Assembly (NCBI GenBank): GCA_003443635.1
Contig: CP031964.1
Location: 526,321 to 590,320, forward strand
Source: Flavobacteriaceae bacterium
Lineage (GTDB): Bacteria > Bacteroidota > Bacteroidia > Flavobacteriales > Flavobacteriaceae
Length of the DNA stretch: 64,000 nt
Direction: 5' to 3'
Shown here: positions 50,339 through 59,925 of the stretch, piece by piece
How positions within the stretch are numbered: the first letter of the stretch is position 1
How the letters are laid out: each line of letters begins with the position of its first letter
The notes under the pieces: model-generated
Database searches by the model: none
What the model was told of the DNA's origin: nothing
The model's input: only the letters and a program-made list of their open reading frames with translations
Made by a program: the position numbers and the translations under genes

Positions 50339-53089
50339 TTATAAATTATTAATAGTCCAAGACACAAAAAATTGTGACCCAATTAAACCTGTTCCAAAAG
50401 CAGTAAAGTATTCATCTCCTAATAAATTAGTCGCTCCTACTTTAAATGTAGATTTTAAACTGGGTAATCTATAATTTACTTGTAAATCTATTGTTTGGTA
50501 CGCAGGTACATCACCATCAGCAAAAGGAGCTTGCCAGAAATAAGTATCACTCCATCTCCAAGCTACGTTGAAACCAAAATCTTTAAATAAATCGGTATGC
50601 CCAAGAGAAGCTTTTACTTTATGTTTGGCTGTATTAAAACCAGGCCTAAAATCAGGATCTGAAGCTTGATCAAATTCAAAATCAGCAAATGTGTAGTTTA
50701 TACCAAAATCAAAACCACCAAATAATCTAGCATTAACTCCAGCTGTAGCTCCAAAAGATTCAATATCAGCATCAGAATTTGTTGTAGTTTGAAATACTCT
50801 TGAGTTTCCGTTTGCTAAAGCTTGTATACCAGTACCATCAAAAACGGAAGCTCCTGGAGTTATTGGAGCTACCACATTTTCTCTTGCAATAAAATCTCTG
50901 TAATTACTATAATAACCACTAACGTCTACTGTAACACGTTTGTCTAATAACTGACTTCTGTATCCTACTTCAAAAGATGTTACTTGTTCTGGTTCAACTA
51001 AATCAGGATTGGCAATTTCTAATAAAGCTGGATTACCAGTAGCAGCAAAAGCAGCAGCAGAACTAGCAGTATAAGAATTTTCATAGGCTAAGTTACCATT
51101 AATTGTTACGTCAGTACCATCACTTAAGGCTGTAATTCTTTCAAAACGTTCAGGGTTTCCAGGAGCAGAACCAACTAATATTGCAGCACCTAAATCTAAG
51201 CCTAAAAAGAGATCTTGATTTGTTGGATTTCTAAACCCAGTTTGTACAGCGGCTCTTAAGTTGTGATTACGTTCTTCTCCTAACGTTAAACCAACAGATA
51301 AGCGTGGAGAAAAGAATCCATCAAAAAACTCATTTTTATCATAACGACCAGACCCTGTTAATTTCACCCTATTATCTGCTAACTCTTTTTGTATCTGTAT
51401 ATAAGCACCTACTTCATTAAAGTTGATGGGTCCATTAATATCGGTAAAAATAGTCCCGTTAGAGTTTAAACTATATTCTCTAAAAGAGCCACCAACTTGA
51501 ATATCAAGAATATCACTTAATAAATGACTAAAATTATAATTGGCATCAGCATGATAAAATTTTGATTCATCTTGGAATCTAGATCCAGTTTGTAAATCAG
51601 GATCAGCAATAACACGGTCAAATACTTGTTGAAACTCATTGGTACCTGGAATTAAACGCCCAGTATCAGCTGCTGCTCTAGCTGCATCATGAATTTGATC
51701 TTGAGTTAGATTATTAGGATTTCCAGCTAAAGTGATTCCTGCGAAGGTATTAATATAATCTCCAAACCATTGTGTGTCAGATTTCCAGGCCCTGTTAATA
51801 TTAATGCCTGTAAAAACTAGATCATAGGAATCTCTGGCATCGTCATCATTTACATAACCACGTAAAAAGAAATTATCATTTTTCACTTCTATTTTGTGCT
51901 GTTGAAAGAAAAAATCATTTAATACATTTCTATTTGTTGCTTGAAATATCGTAGAACCAACACCAACTCGACCAGTATAAGAAATTTCAAAATCATCTGC
52001 AAAAGGACGATATGCTAAAGTCCAATCTGCTTTTATGCTCTCAGCATCATACTCTGTTAAATCTTGTTCTGCATAACCAGTTCTACTAACCTCTACATCT
52101 GGAATTATTCCTAATCCTCCAGAAGCAGTTCTTATATTTGTTGATACCTCATCTCCATAAACATTTAAGCCGTTAAAATTAAGATTAGATGATCTTGTTC
52201 CTCCAGGAGTATCCAAATCTTGTTGACTATCTGCAAACCAATCTGTTCCGTCTAAATAAGAGAAATTAACTTTTGCAGCAAGTTTTTCACTAAACTTATA
52301 AGCTGCTTTAAACCCAAAATCATAATATACGTTATCTCCAGCTGCATCTTGAGAAGTTAATCCTGATCTAGCATAAGCTTTAACTCCTTGTTCGTCAAAA
52401 GGACTTTTACTTTGTAAGAACAAAATACCATTAAACGCATTAGCTCCATATAGAGCAGAAGAAGCTCCAGGAAGAATTTCTACACTTTGGACATCTAATT
52501 CTGATACTCCAACTAAGTTTCCTAAAACTATATTTAGCGCTGGTACTGAATTATCAGCTCCATCAACGAGTTGTACAAATCTTGGATTATTAAAATCTGC
52601 AAATCCTCTGGTATTGATTTGCTTAAAAGTTAAACTACCAGTATTAAGATCTACACCTTTTAAATTCTCTAAGCCATTATAAAAATCTGCTGAAGGGGTG
52701 TTTTTTATCGCTTTTATTCCATAGCGTTCTATAGATACAGGAGATTCAAAAACACGCTCAGGTGTTCTAGAAGCAGAAATAACAATTTCATCTAGCTCAC
52801 TGCCTTCTTTTAAAGAAACATCAAAAACTTGAGAATTATTAGTTATTTCCTTTCTTACAGTTTCGAACCCAATGCTACTTATTTGTATAATAAAAGGAGG
52901 GTTTAAATCTGTTTTTAGAGTATAATTTCCATCAAAATCTGTACTTACTCCAGTTGAAGTTCCTACAATTAAAACATTTGCACCAAGAAGGGGCTGCCCA
53001 CTATTATCTGTAATTTTACCGGTTACTGTTGTTTGTGAGTATGAAAACACACAAAATAACAATAAAAAAATCTTAAATATTGTTTTCAT
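50339..53089 (-). CDS. TonB-dependent outer-membrane receptor (SusC-like N-terminal carboxypeptidase-regulatory domain)
   Basis: It has a signal peptide and the N-terminal domain TVTGKITDNSGQPLLGANVLIVGTSTGVSTDFDGNYTL. Plug and barrel are present, and the C-terminus ends …WTINNL. It is 916 aa. Confidence 0.85.
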   Translation of the reverse strand: MKTIFKIFLLLFCVFSYSQTTVTGKITDNSGQPLLGANVLIVGTSTGVSTDFDGNYTLKTDLNPPFIIQISSIGFETVRKEITNNSQVFDVSLKEGSELDEIVISASRTPERVFESPVSIERYGIKAIKNTPSADFYNGLENLKGVDLNTGSLTFKQINTRGFADFNNPRFVQLVDGADNSVPALNIVLGNLVGVSELDVQSVEILPGASSALYGANAFNGILFLQSKSPFDEQGVKAYARSGLTSQDAAGDNVYYDFGFKAAYKFSEKLAAKVNFSYLDGTDWFADSQQDLDTPGGTRSSNLNFNGLNVYGDEVSTNIRTASGGLGIIPDVEVSRTGYAEQDLTEYDAESIKADWTLAYRPFADDFEISYTGRVGVGSTIFQATNRNVLNDFFFQQHKIEVKNDNFFLRGYVNDDDARDSYDLVFTGININRAWKSDTQWFGDYINTFAGITLAGNPNNLTQDQIHDAARAAADTGRLIPGTNEFQQVFDRVIADPDLQTGSRFQDESKFYHADANYNFSHLLSDILDIQVGGSFREYSLNSNGTIFTDINGPINFNEVGAYIQIQKELADNRVKLTGSGRYDKNEFFDGFFSPRLSVGLTLGEERNHNLRAAVQTGFRNPTNQDLFLGLDLGAAILVGSAPGNPERFERITALSDGTDVTINGNLAYENSYTASSAAAFAATGNPALLEIANPDLVEPEQVTSFEVGYRSQLLDKRVTVDVSGYYSNYRDFIARENVVAPITPGASVFDGTGIQALANGNSRVFQTTTNSDADIESFGATAGVNARLFGGFDFGINYTFADFEFDQASDPDFRPGFNTAKHKVKASLGHTDLFKDFGFNVAWRWSDTYFWQAPFADGDVPAYQTIDLQVNYRLPSLKSTFKVGATNLLGDEYFTAFGTGLIGSQFFVSWTINNL

Positions 53090-53201
53090 TTATGGATATT
53101 AGTTTAAAATGAAAAGCAAGATATATAATTATATTGTAGAACAATCAAAAATCCATAAAAAATTATGCATGCATAGTACTTTTTAACATAAATGAATACT
53201 G

Positions 53202-53236
53202 AAAACCCATAAAATCAACTAATTTTATGGGTTTTA
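53202..53236. terminator. hairpin downstream of glmS (possible terminator)
   Basis: The sequence aaaacccataaaatcaactaattttatgggtttt is a 13-bp stem. Confidence 0.45.
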
Positions 53237-53262
53237 TAAGTTTTAATATTATAAATAGAGAA

Positions 53263-55110
53263 TTATTCTACAGTGACAGATTTTGCTAAATTCCTTGGTT
53301 GATCTACATTTTTATCTAACATTACTGCTATATGATAAGATAATAATTGTAAAGGGATAGTTGTTAATAATGGATAAAGGGATTCGATAGTTTCTGGAAC
53401 TTCAATTGTATAATCTGCTAATTTAGTGACATTAACATCTCCTTCAGAGACAATAGCAATTATTTGTCCCTTACGAGATTTAATTTCCTGAATGTTACTT
53501 GTAACTTTATCGTAATGACCTTTTTTTGTTGCAATAACAAAAATAGGCATATTTTCATCTATAAGAGCAATAGGGCCATGCTTCATTTCTGCTGCGGGAT
53601 AACCTTCAGCGTGAATATAAGAGATTTCTTTTAGTTTTAATGCGCCTTCTAATGCTACAGGGAAATTATAACCTCTACCTAAATATAAACAGTTTTTAGA
53701 TTCTTTATATGCTTCAGCTATTGTTTTTATATGGTTGTCTAAAAGAAGTGTTTTTTCTACTTTTTCAGGAATTAACTCTAATTCATTTAAATTTAAATAG
53801 TAATCAGAATTTGATATCGTTCCTTTGGCTTTAGCTAATTTAATAGCGATTAATGTTAAAAGAGTTATTTGAGTTGTAAAAGCTTTTGTAGAAGCAACTC
53901 CTATTTCTGGCCCAGCATGGGTATATGCTCCTGCATGAGTTTCTCTAGCTATAGATGACCCAACAACATTACAAACACCAAAAACAAAAGCTCCTCTAGA
54001 TTTTGCTAATTTAATTGCGGCTAAAGTATCCGCAGTTTCTCCAGATTGAGAAATTGCAATTACAACATCATTTTCATTAATCACAGGGTTTCTATACCTA
54101 AATTCTGAAGCATATTCAACTTCAACAGGTATTCTGGCTAGATCTTCAAAAATGTATTCTGAAACTAATCCGGCATGCCAAGAAGTTCCACAAGCAACAA
54201 TAATGATTCTGTTGGCGTTCAGGAATTTTTGAAGATTATCATCAATACCTGCCATTCTAATAATTCCTTCTTTTGCTAAAAGACGCCCTCTATAAGTATC
54301 TTTTATAGCGTGAGGTTGCTCAAAGATTTCTTTAATCATAAAATGATTATAACCTCCTTTTTCAATTTGTTCAAGATTCATTTGCAGTTCTTGTACATAA
54401 GGATTAACTAGAGAATCATCTTTAATTTTTCTTATTTTTATATCTTTTCCTCTCCTAATAATAGCTATTTCTTCATCTTCAAGATAAATAGCATTATTAG
54501 TATATTCGATAAAAGGGGATGCATCACTAGCTATAAAAAATTCATCATCTCCGATTCCTATCGCAAGAGGACTTCCAAGTTTAGCAGCAACTATTTCGTT
54601 GGGTTTATTTTTATCAAAAACAGCAATGGCATAAGCTCCTACAACTTGAGTTAATGCTATACGAACAGCTTTTCCTAGTTTGACACCTTCATTTTTCTTA
54701 ATGTCCTCTATAAGATTTATTAAAACTTCGGTATCTGTATCTGAATGAAATATATAGCCCCTTTTGGTAAGCTCTTTTTTTAGAGATTCATAATTCTCTA
54801 TAATGCCGTTATGAATTATTACAAGATTTCCTGAGTTTGAAAAATGTGGATGAGAATTAATGTCATTTGGAATACCATGTGTTGCCCAACGTGTATGGCC
54901 TAAACCAACATAACCATCAGTAGAGATTTCTTTTTTAGCTTTAAGTTCTAAAGCATCTACTTTCCCTTTAGTTTTTGATAAGTTGATTTGCTTACCATCA
55001 TATAAAGCTATACCAGCACTATCGTACCCTCTATATTCTAATCGTTTTAAGCCTTTTAATATAATTGGATAAGCTTCTCTATAACCAATGTAGCCAACAA
55101 TTCCGCACAT
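53263..55110 (-). CDS. glmS: glutamine--fructose-6-phosphate aminotransferase
   Basis: It starts MCGIVGYIG (Ntn Cys), has two SIS domains, and ends …KSVTVE. It is 615 aa. Confidence 0.97.
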   Translation of the reverse strand: MCGIVGYIGYREAYPIILKGLKRLEYRGYDSAGIALYDGKQINLSKTKGKVDALELKAKKEISTDGYVGLGHTRWATHGIPNDINSHPHFSNSGNLVIIHNGIIENYESLKKELTKRGYIFHSDTDTEVLINLIEDIKKNEGVKLGKAVRIALTQVVGAYAIAVFDKNKPNEIVAAKLGSPLAIGIGDDEFFIASDASPFIEYTNNAIYLEDEEIAIIRRGKDIKIRKIKDDSLVNPYVQELQMNLEQIEKGGYNHFMIKEIFEQPHAIKDTYRGRLLAKEGIIRMAGIDDNLQKFLNANRIIIVACGTSWHAGLVSEYIFEDLARIPVEVEYASEFRYRNPVINENDVVIAISQSGETADTLAAIKLAKSRGAFVFGVCNVVGSSIARETHAGAYTHAGPEIGVASTKAFTTQITLLTLIAIKLAKAKGTISNSDYYLNLNELELIPEKVEKTLLLDNHIKTIAEAYKESKNCLYLGRGYNFPVALEGALKLKEISYIHAEGYPAAEMKHGPIALIDENMPIFVIATKKGHYDKVTSNIQEIKSRKGQIIAIVSEGDVNVTKLADYTIEVPETIESLYPLLTTIPLQLLSYHIAVMLDKNVDQPRNLAKSVTVE

Positions 55111-55119
55111 AAATATAAT

Positions 55120-56742
55120 TTAATTATTAGGTTCTGTAAAGAAAACTCTTAATACTGGTCTTCTTGATACATCATTTGTGTTGTTGCCGATAAGTACAGT
55201 TCCTCTAGGAGATAAAAATGTTCCAATAGGAACTCTTTCTGCTATTTGATTTTCGTCTAATAAAGGAAGGTCTAAAACAGATCCACTATCAACATTACCA
55301 GCTACCACTAAACCTAATTTTACATTTGTCGAATCTCTAAGAATAAGATTGTTAATATGATCGGTAATCCTTATTCTGTATGTTAAACCTTCACCATTTG
55401 GATCATTATCAACCCTAGTTAATGGACGAAGATGAATATTTCTAGCTTCAGGAGAATCCACAGTTACAGATTGATCTAAAAAATAGTCAATAAGGGGAAT
55501 ATTGTTATTTAAGTCATATATATATACTCGATCAGGTTCTTCACCCTGAACAATACTTTGATCTACATGAAAATCTAAGAAAGCCTCATTTACCAAACGT
55601 TTAATATTTGTACCATCTATAAAACTATTCTTGAAATTTTCGAATTCTGAAGAATCTCCATTTTCGTCTCCATTAAAAAGATTTATAATAGCCATAGAAC
55701 CTTCTCCTCCTTTTAAGAAAAGCCTGTCATCTCCATTTTGAGGGTCTCCATCAGCAAGAGGAATGAAATCGTTGTTAAAAATATTTACAGTATTTCCTGT
55801 AAAACTTAAGATTAAAGACTCTGGGCTTCCCTGAGTAGTGTTATTAGAATTGTCTTGAACCGTATAAAAAATGGTTATATTGCCATTCGAAAGGTCAAAT
55901 AAAGTCATTGATCCATTATCGTTTACAGGTTCAGCTTTTATATAAATCCCTCTAAAATGATCATTGAAATTATTTCTATTACTTAATTCAGGTTGACCTT
56001 CCCTATTAAATATTAAATCTTCCCAAAAACTATTTGGATTATCTAATCGTACTCTTATCGCAGGAGTTAATCTTTGAGTTACAAAAATTTCACCTGTATC
56101 TTGATCTACTTCAGTTAAAGTAATCTGACGTAAATTAGGAAAAAAGTTATTATTTTGAAATAATAACTCACCTTCCAATAGTGATTGTGGAATTATATCG
56201 GTTTCAGATGTTGATCCGTTAGAAAAGTATATTTGATCATTTCCTTGGTCTGAATTTGGATCAAAATCCCTTAAAAAAAAATTGTTCTCATGAATAGAGA
56301 GCCTAATAGGGTTATTAGGATCGCCAAATATTGAATCTATACTAAATTCAGGAATATTATTGCCAATGTTAGTGCCAGGGATAGCATCACTAAAATAAGG
56401 TAAAGTAAATATGATAGAATCTACTACAACACTCTGATTCTCTCCAGTAAAAACAGGATCAAATAAAGGGAGAGACATTTGAGAAACAATATTCGCAGTT
56501 GATCCACCATAAACAGGATCATTAAAATAGCCTAATAAATAATTAGGTAAATTACTAGATTGTAAAGGCGTTATTCTTTTATTATGTGTAATAATTGGAA
56601 ATGTTTCGTTCGCAGTATTAAAATTATCTCCTCCAATAATATCAGATCCTACAGAAGCGAAATCATTTTCGCAAGCTATAATAGCCGTTGTTAAAACTGC
56701 TAAAAACGCAATATTTTTAATTATGTTTTTAATGTTTTTCAT
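55120..56742 (-). CDS. DUF4270-like lipoprotein (conserved Flavobacteriia protein located next to the glycogen-synthase-like gene)
   Basis: It has a lipobox (TAIIACEND) and Asn/Asp-rich beta-rich composition. It is 540 aa. The family assignment is from memory of this neighbourhood. Confidence 0.45.
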   Translation of the reverse strand: MKNIKNIIKNIAFLAVLTTAIIACENDFASVGSDIIGGDNFNTANETFPIITHNKRITPLQSSNLPNYLLGYFNDPVYGGSTANIVSQMSLPLFDPVFTGENQSVVVDSIIFTLPYFSDAIPGTNIGNNIPEFSIDSIFGDPNNPIRLSIHENNFFLRDFDPNSDQGNDQIYFSNGSTSETDIIPQSLLEGELLFQNNNFFPNLRQITLTEVDQDTGEIFVTQRLTPAIRVRLDNPNSFWEDLIFNREGQPELSNRNNFNDHFRGIYIKAEPVNDNGSMTLFDLSNGNITIFYTVQDNSNNTTQGSPESLILSFTGNTVNIFNNDFIPLADGDPQNGDDRLFLKGGEGSMAIINLFNGDENGDSSEFENFKNSFIDGTNIKRLVNEAFLDFHVDQSIVQGEEPDRVYIYDLNNNIPLIDYFLDQSVTVDSPEARNIHLRPLTRVDNDPNGEGLTYRIRITDHINNLILRDSTNVKLGLVVAGNVDSGSVLDLPLLDENQIAERVPIGTFLSPRGTVLIGNNTNDVSRRPVLRVFFTEPNN

Positions 56743-56763
56743 ATAAATAATACTCCTAAAAAG

Positions 56764-57567
56764 TTAAATCTCAGTATTGTAAAACCCAGTATATGCTTCG
56801 GCAAAAGTATCTGGACCTTGAAAATCTAATACAGGTTTATTACAAGCATCTAAATGCTTTTGTAATTCTTCTGGAATTTCTTCTGATGCAATAATCAGGC
56901 CATCCGAATAATCTATAGCAACTTTCATAATATTATTATATGAAGGCTCTTGAAGTGTTTGTATAGATGCCTCATCAATATTATCGAATTTTACTTTATT
57001 AATCATTTCATTATTTAACGTTCCATCAAAGCTTTGATTGTATACAGAGGTTACAATTTTACTGTCAGTAAATAAAGGTTCATCTTTATAATATTCTTTT
57101 AAATATAAAGGAAGAAGAGAAGCTAACCACCCATGAACATGAATAATATCTGGAGACCAATTTAATTTTTTTACAGTTTCAATAACTCCTTTTGCAAAAA
57201 ATATTGAACGCTCATCATTGTCTGGAAATAAATTTCCATCTTCATCAGTTAAAGTAGCTTTCCTTTTGAAATACTCTTCATTATCAATAAAATAAACTTG
57301 AATTCTTTCTTTAGGAATAGAAGCTACTTTTATAATAAGCGGCATATCAAGGTCATTAATCACAAGATTTATACCCGATAAGCGTATTACTTCATGAAGC
57401 TGATGACGCCTTTCGTTTATATTTCCATACCTAGGCATGAATATTCTTATTTGCCCACCTTGCTTATTTACCATTCTTGGTGCTTCAAAAGACATTGAAG
57501 AAATTTCAGTTTCTGGTAAATAAGGAACTACTTCTGATGAGACATACAATATTTTTTTCTCTTTCAT
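56764..57567 (-). CDS. glycogen-synthase-like protein, N-terminal GT5 domain only (267 aa)
   Basis: The N-terminus KILYVSSEVVPY is typical of GlgA, with the block IIHVHGWLASLLPLYLK. There is no C-terminal GT-B nucleotide-binding half. Confidence 0.65.
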   Translation of the reverse strand: MKEKKILYVSSEVVPYLPETEISSMSFEAPRMVNKQGGQIRIFMPRYGNINERRHQLHEVIRLSGINLVINDLDMPLIIKVASIPKERIQVYFIDNEEYFKRKATLTDEDGNLFPDNDERSIFFAKGVIETVKKLNWSPDIIHVHGWLASLLPLYLKEYYKDEPLFTDSKIVTSVYNQSFDGTLNNEMINKVKFDNIDEASIQTLQEPSYNNIMKVAIDYSDGLIIASEEIPEELQKHLDACNKPVLDFQGPDTFAEAYTGFYNTEI

Positions 57568-57670
57568 AAACCTTATAATGCTATATTAAAATAAAAACAC
57601 GCAAAATTACAAAAATTATGCAGATTACAAGTAATATATTAATTTTGCTCGCTGTTAATTTTTTAATAAC

Positions 57671-58519
57671 GTGAAGATATTTAATTCTAAGACTGAAATA
57701 AGCCAAACAATTGTTAATTTAAAAACAAAGGGTTTTAAAATTGGATTTGTTCCGACAATGGGAGCTTTACATCAGGGACATCTATCTTTAGTATCTCAAG
57801 GATTAAAAGAAAACAATATTGTTATTGTAAGTATTTTTGTGAATCCAACACAGTTTGACAAAGAAGAAGATTTAGTTAAATATCCACGAACTTTAGATAG
57901 AGATGTAGATTTACTTAAAGCAGTTTCAGAAGATAAGATTTTAGTATATACTCCATCCGTTAAAGATATCTATGGTGATAAAGTTGTATCTATTTCATTT
58001 TCTTTTGATGGATTAGAATATGAAATGGAAGGTAAATTTAGAGACGGACATTTTGACGGAGTTGGTACTATTATTAAGCGTTTTTTCGAAATCCTTCAAC
58101 CTGATAATGCTTATTTTGGAAAGAAAGATTTTCAACAACTTCAAATCGTAAAAAAACTAACCGAAAAAGAGAAATTACCAGTGACTATAAGAGGTTGCGA
58201 AATTTATAGAGAACCTAATGGTTTAGCAATGAGTTCTCGAAATGAGCGACTAACTTCAGAATATAAAGAAGCGGCGCCATTTATATATAAAACCTTAAAA
58301 GCTGCCAAAAAAATGTTTGGCACAAAAAGTGCTAATCAAGTAACGGAATGGGTTAATAATGTATTTAAAGAACATAAATTATTAGAATTAGAATATTTTA
58401 TAATTGCAGATATTAAAACCTTAAAACCAATACAAAGAAAATCTAATAAAAAAACGTATCGTGCATTTATTGCAGTGTATGCAAAAAGCATTCGACTAAT
58501 AGATAATATCGCACTTTAA
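57671..58519 (+). CDS. panC: pantoate--beta-alanine ligase; GTG start
   Basis: The motif GFVPTMGALHQGHLSL (HIGH-like) is present. It is 282 aa. Confidence 0.9.
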   Translation: MKIFNSKTEISQTIVNLKTKGFKIGFVPTMGALHQGHLSLVSQGLKENNIVIVSIFVNPTQFDKEEDLVKYPRTLDRDVDLLKAVSEDKILVYTPSVKDIYGDKVVSISFSFDGLEYEMEGKFRDGHFDGVGTIIKRFFEILQPDNAYFGKKDFQQLQIVKKLTEKEKLPVTIRGCEIYREPNGLAMSSRNERLTSEYKEAAPFIYKTLKAAKKMFGTKSANQVTEWVNNVFKEHKLLELEYFIIADIKTLKPIQRKSNKKTYRAFIAVYAKSIRLIDNIAL

Positions 58520-58537
58520 TTTAATTACCTTTGCCCA

Positions 58538-58888
58538 ATGCAAATTCAAGTAGTAAAATCTAAAATTCATCGTGTAAAAGTTACAGGAGCTGATCTTAAC
58601 TATATAGGGAGTATTACCATAGATGAGGATTTAATGGACGCTGCAAATATTATACAAGGAGAAAAAGTTCAGATTGTTAATAATGACAATGGCGAGCGAT
58701 TAGAAACTTATGTTATTCCTGGTCCTCGAAATTCTGGCGAAATTACTCTTAATGGTGCAGCTGCAAGAAAAGTTGCTGTTGGTGATACACTAATATTAAT
58801 AACTTATGCGTTTATGGAACTTGAAGAAGCTAAAACATTTAAACCGTCTTTAGTGTTCCCTGATGAGAGCACTAATTTATTAAAATAA
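58538..58888 (+). CDS. panD: aspartate 1-decarboxylase
   Basis: The motif [30 protein letters not shown] carries the Gly-Ser self-cleavage site. It is 116 aa. Confidence 0.9.
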   Translation: MQIQVVKSKIHRVKVTGADLNYIGSITIDEDLMDAANIIQGEKVQIVNNDNGERLETYVIPGPRNSGEITLNGAAARKVAVGDTLILITYAFMELEEAKTFKPSLVFPDESTNLLK

Positions 58889-58892
58889 ACCT

Positions 58893-59858
58893 TTGAATAA
58901 AACCACCAAAAAACTCCTTAAAATTAGCATTCCACTATTGCTAGCAGTTTTTTTTGGATGGTATACTTTTTCAAGAACCCCAATATCAGAAATCACTCCA
59001 TATTTTAAAAATGCTAACTATGGTTGGATTGCTCTTGGGCTTTTATTTGGGTTTTTAAGTCATTTGTCAAGAGCTTATCGATGGAAATATTTGATAGAAC
59101 CTATGGGATATACATTGAGATTTCCTAATAGTTTAATGGCAGTTTTAATCACATACTTATCAAACTATGGAGTCCCACGCTCTGGTGAAGTACTTCGTGC
59201 TGCGGTAATAACAAATTATGAAAATGTACCTTTTGAAAAAGGTTTTGGAACTATAGTTGCCGAACGCGTTGCAGATTTATTAATCCTTTTTATAATAATA
59301 GGGATAACTCTTATTATAGAATTTGATTTCATCTTACAACTTTTAAAAGATAATTTCCCGGTACAAAAACTTATAACTATAGGGATTTTAGGTTTAATAA
59401 TATTAACTGTTGGATATTTTTATATCAAAAAAAGCACTTCAAAAATTGCTTTAAAAATTAAATCTCTTTTCTCAGGTTTAATGGAAGGGGTATTTAGTAT
59501 TTTTAAGATGAAACATAAATGGGCATTTATATTTCACACCTTATTTATATGGGGAATGTATTTGGCTATGTTTTATGTTACTACTTTTGCAGTGCCAGAG
59601 TTAGATAATGTTTCTATAGGCGCTATATTAATTGCATTTATCGCTGCAAGTTTTACGATAGCTGTTACTAATGGAGGTATTGCTGTATATCCATTAGCAG
59701 TTCAGAAAGCATTTTCAATTTTTGCTATTTCTGCAACTCCTAGTCTTGCTTTTGGTTGGATTATGTGGACATCGCAGACCGCTATGGTTATTATTTTAGG
59801 GAGTCTTTCCTTTATATTTTTACCTATTTATAATAAATCCCGAAAAAAGGAGAGTTAG
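58893..59858 (+). CDS. flippase-like / lysylphosphatidylglycerol-synthase TM-region family membrane protein (UPF0104)
   Basis: It has eight TM helices and the conserved SRAYRWKYL…PRSGEVLRAAV block. It is 321 aa. Confidence 0.55.
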   Translation: MNKTTKKLLKISIPLLLAVFFGWYTFSRTPISEITPYFKNANYGWIALGLLFGFLSHLSRAYRWKYLIEPMGYTLRFPNSLMAVLITYLSNYGVPRSGEVLRAAVITNYENVPFEKGFGTIVAERVADLLILFIIIGITLIIEFDFILQLLKDNFPVQKLITIGILGLIILTVGYFYIKKSTSKIALKIKSLFSGLMEGVFSIFKMKHKWAFIFHTLFIWGMYLAMFYVTTFAVPELDNVSIGAILIAFIAASFTIAVTNGGIAVYPLAVQKAFSIFAISATPSLAFGWIMWTSQTAMVIILGSLSFIFLPIYNKSRKKES

Positions 59859-59925
59859 TAAGATTTAAATATCATTTTACGATTTATTGCTAATTGATTA
59901 ACTTGCGTACCAAACCTAAGTCAAA

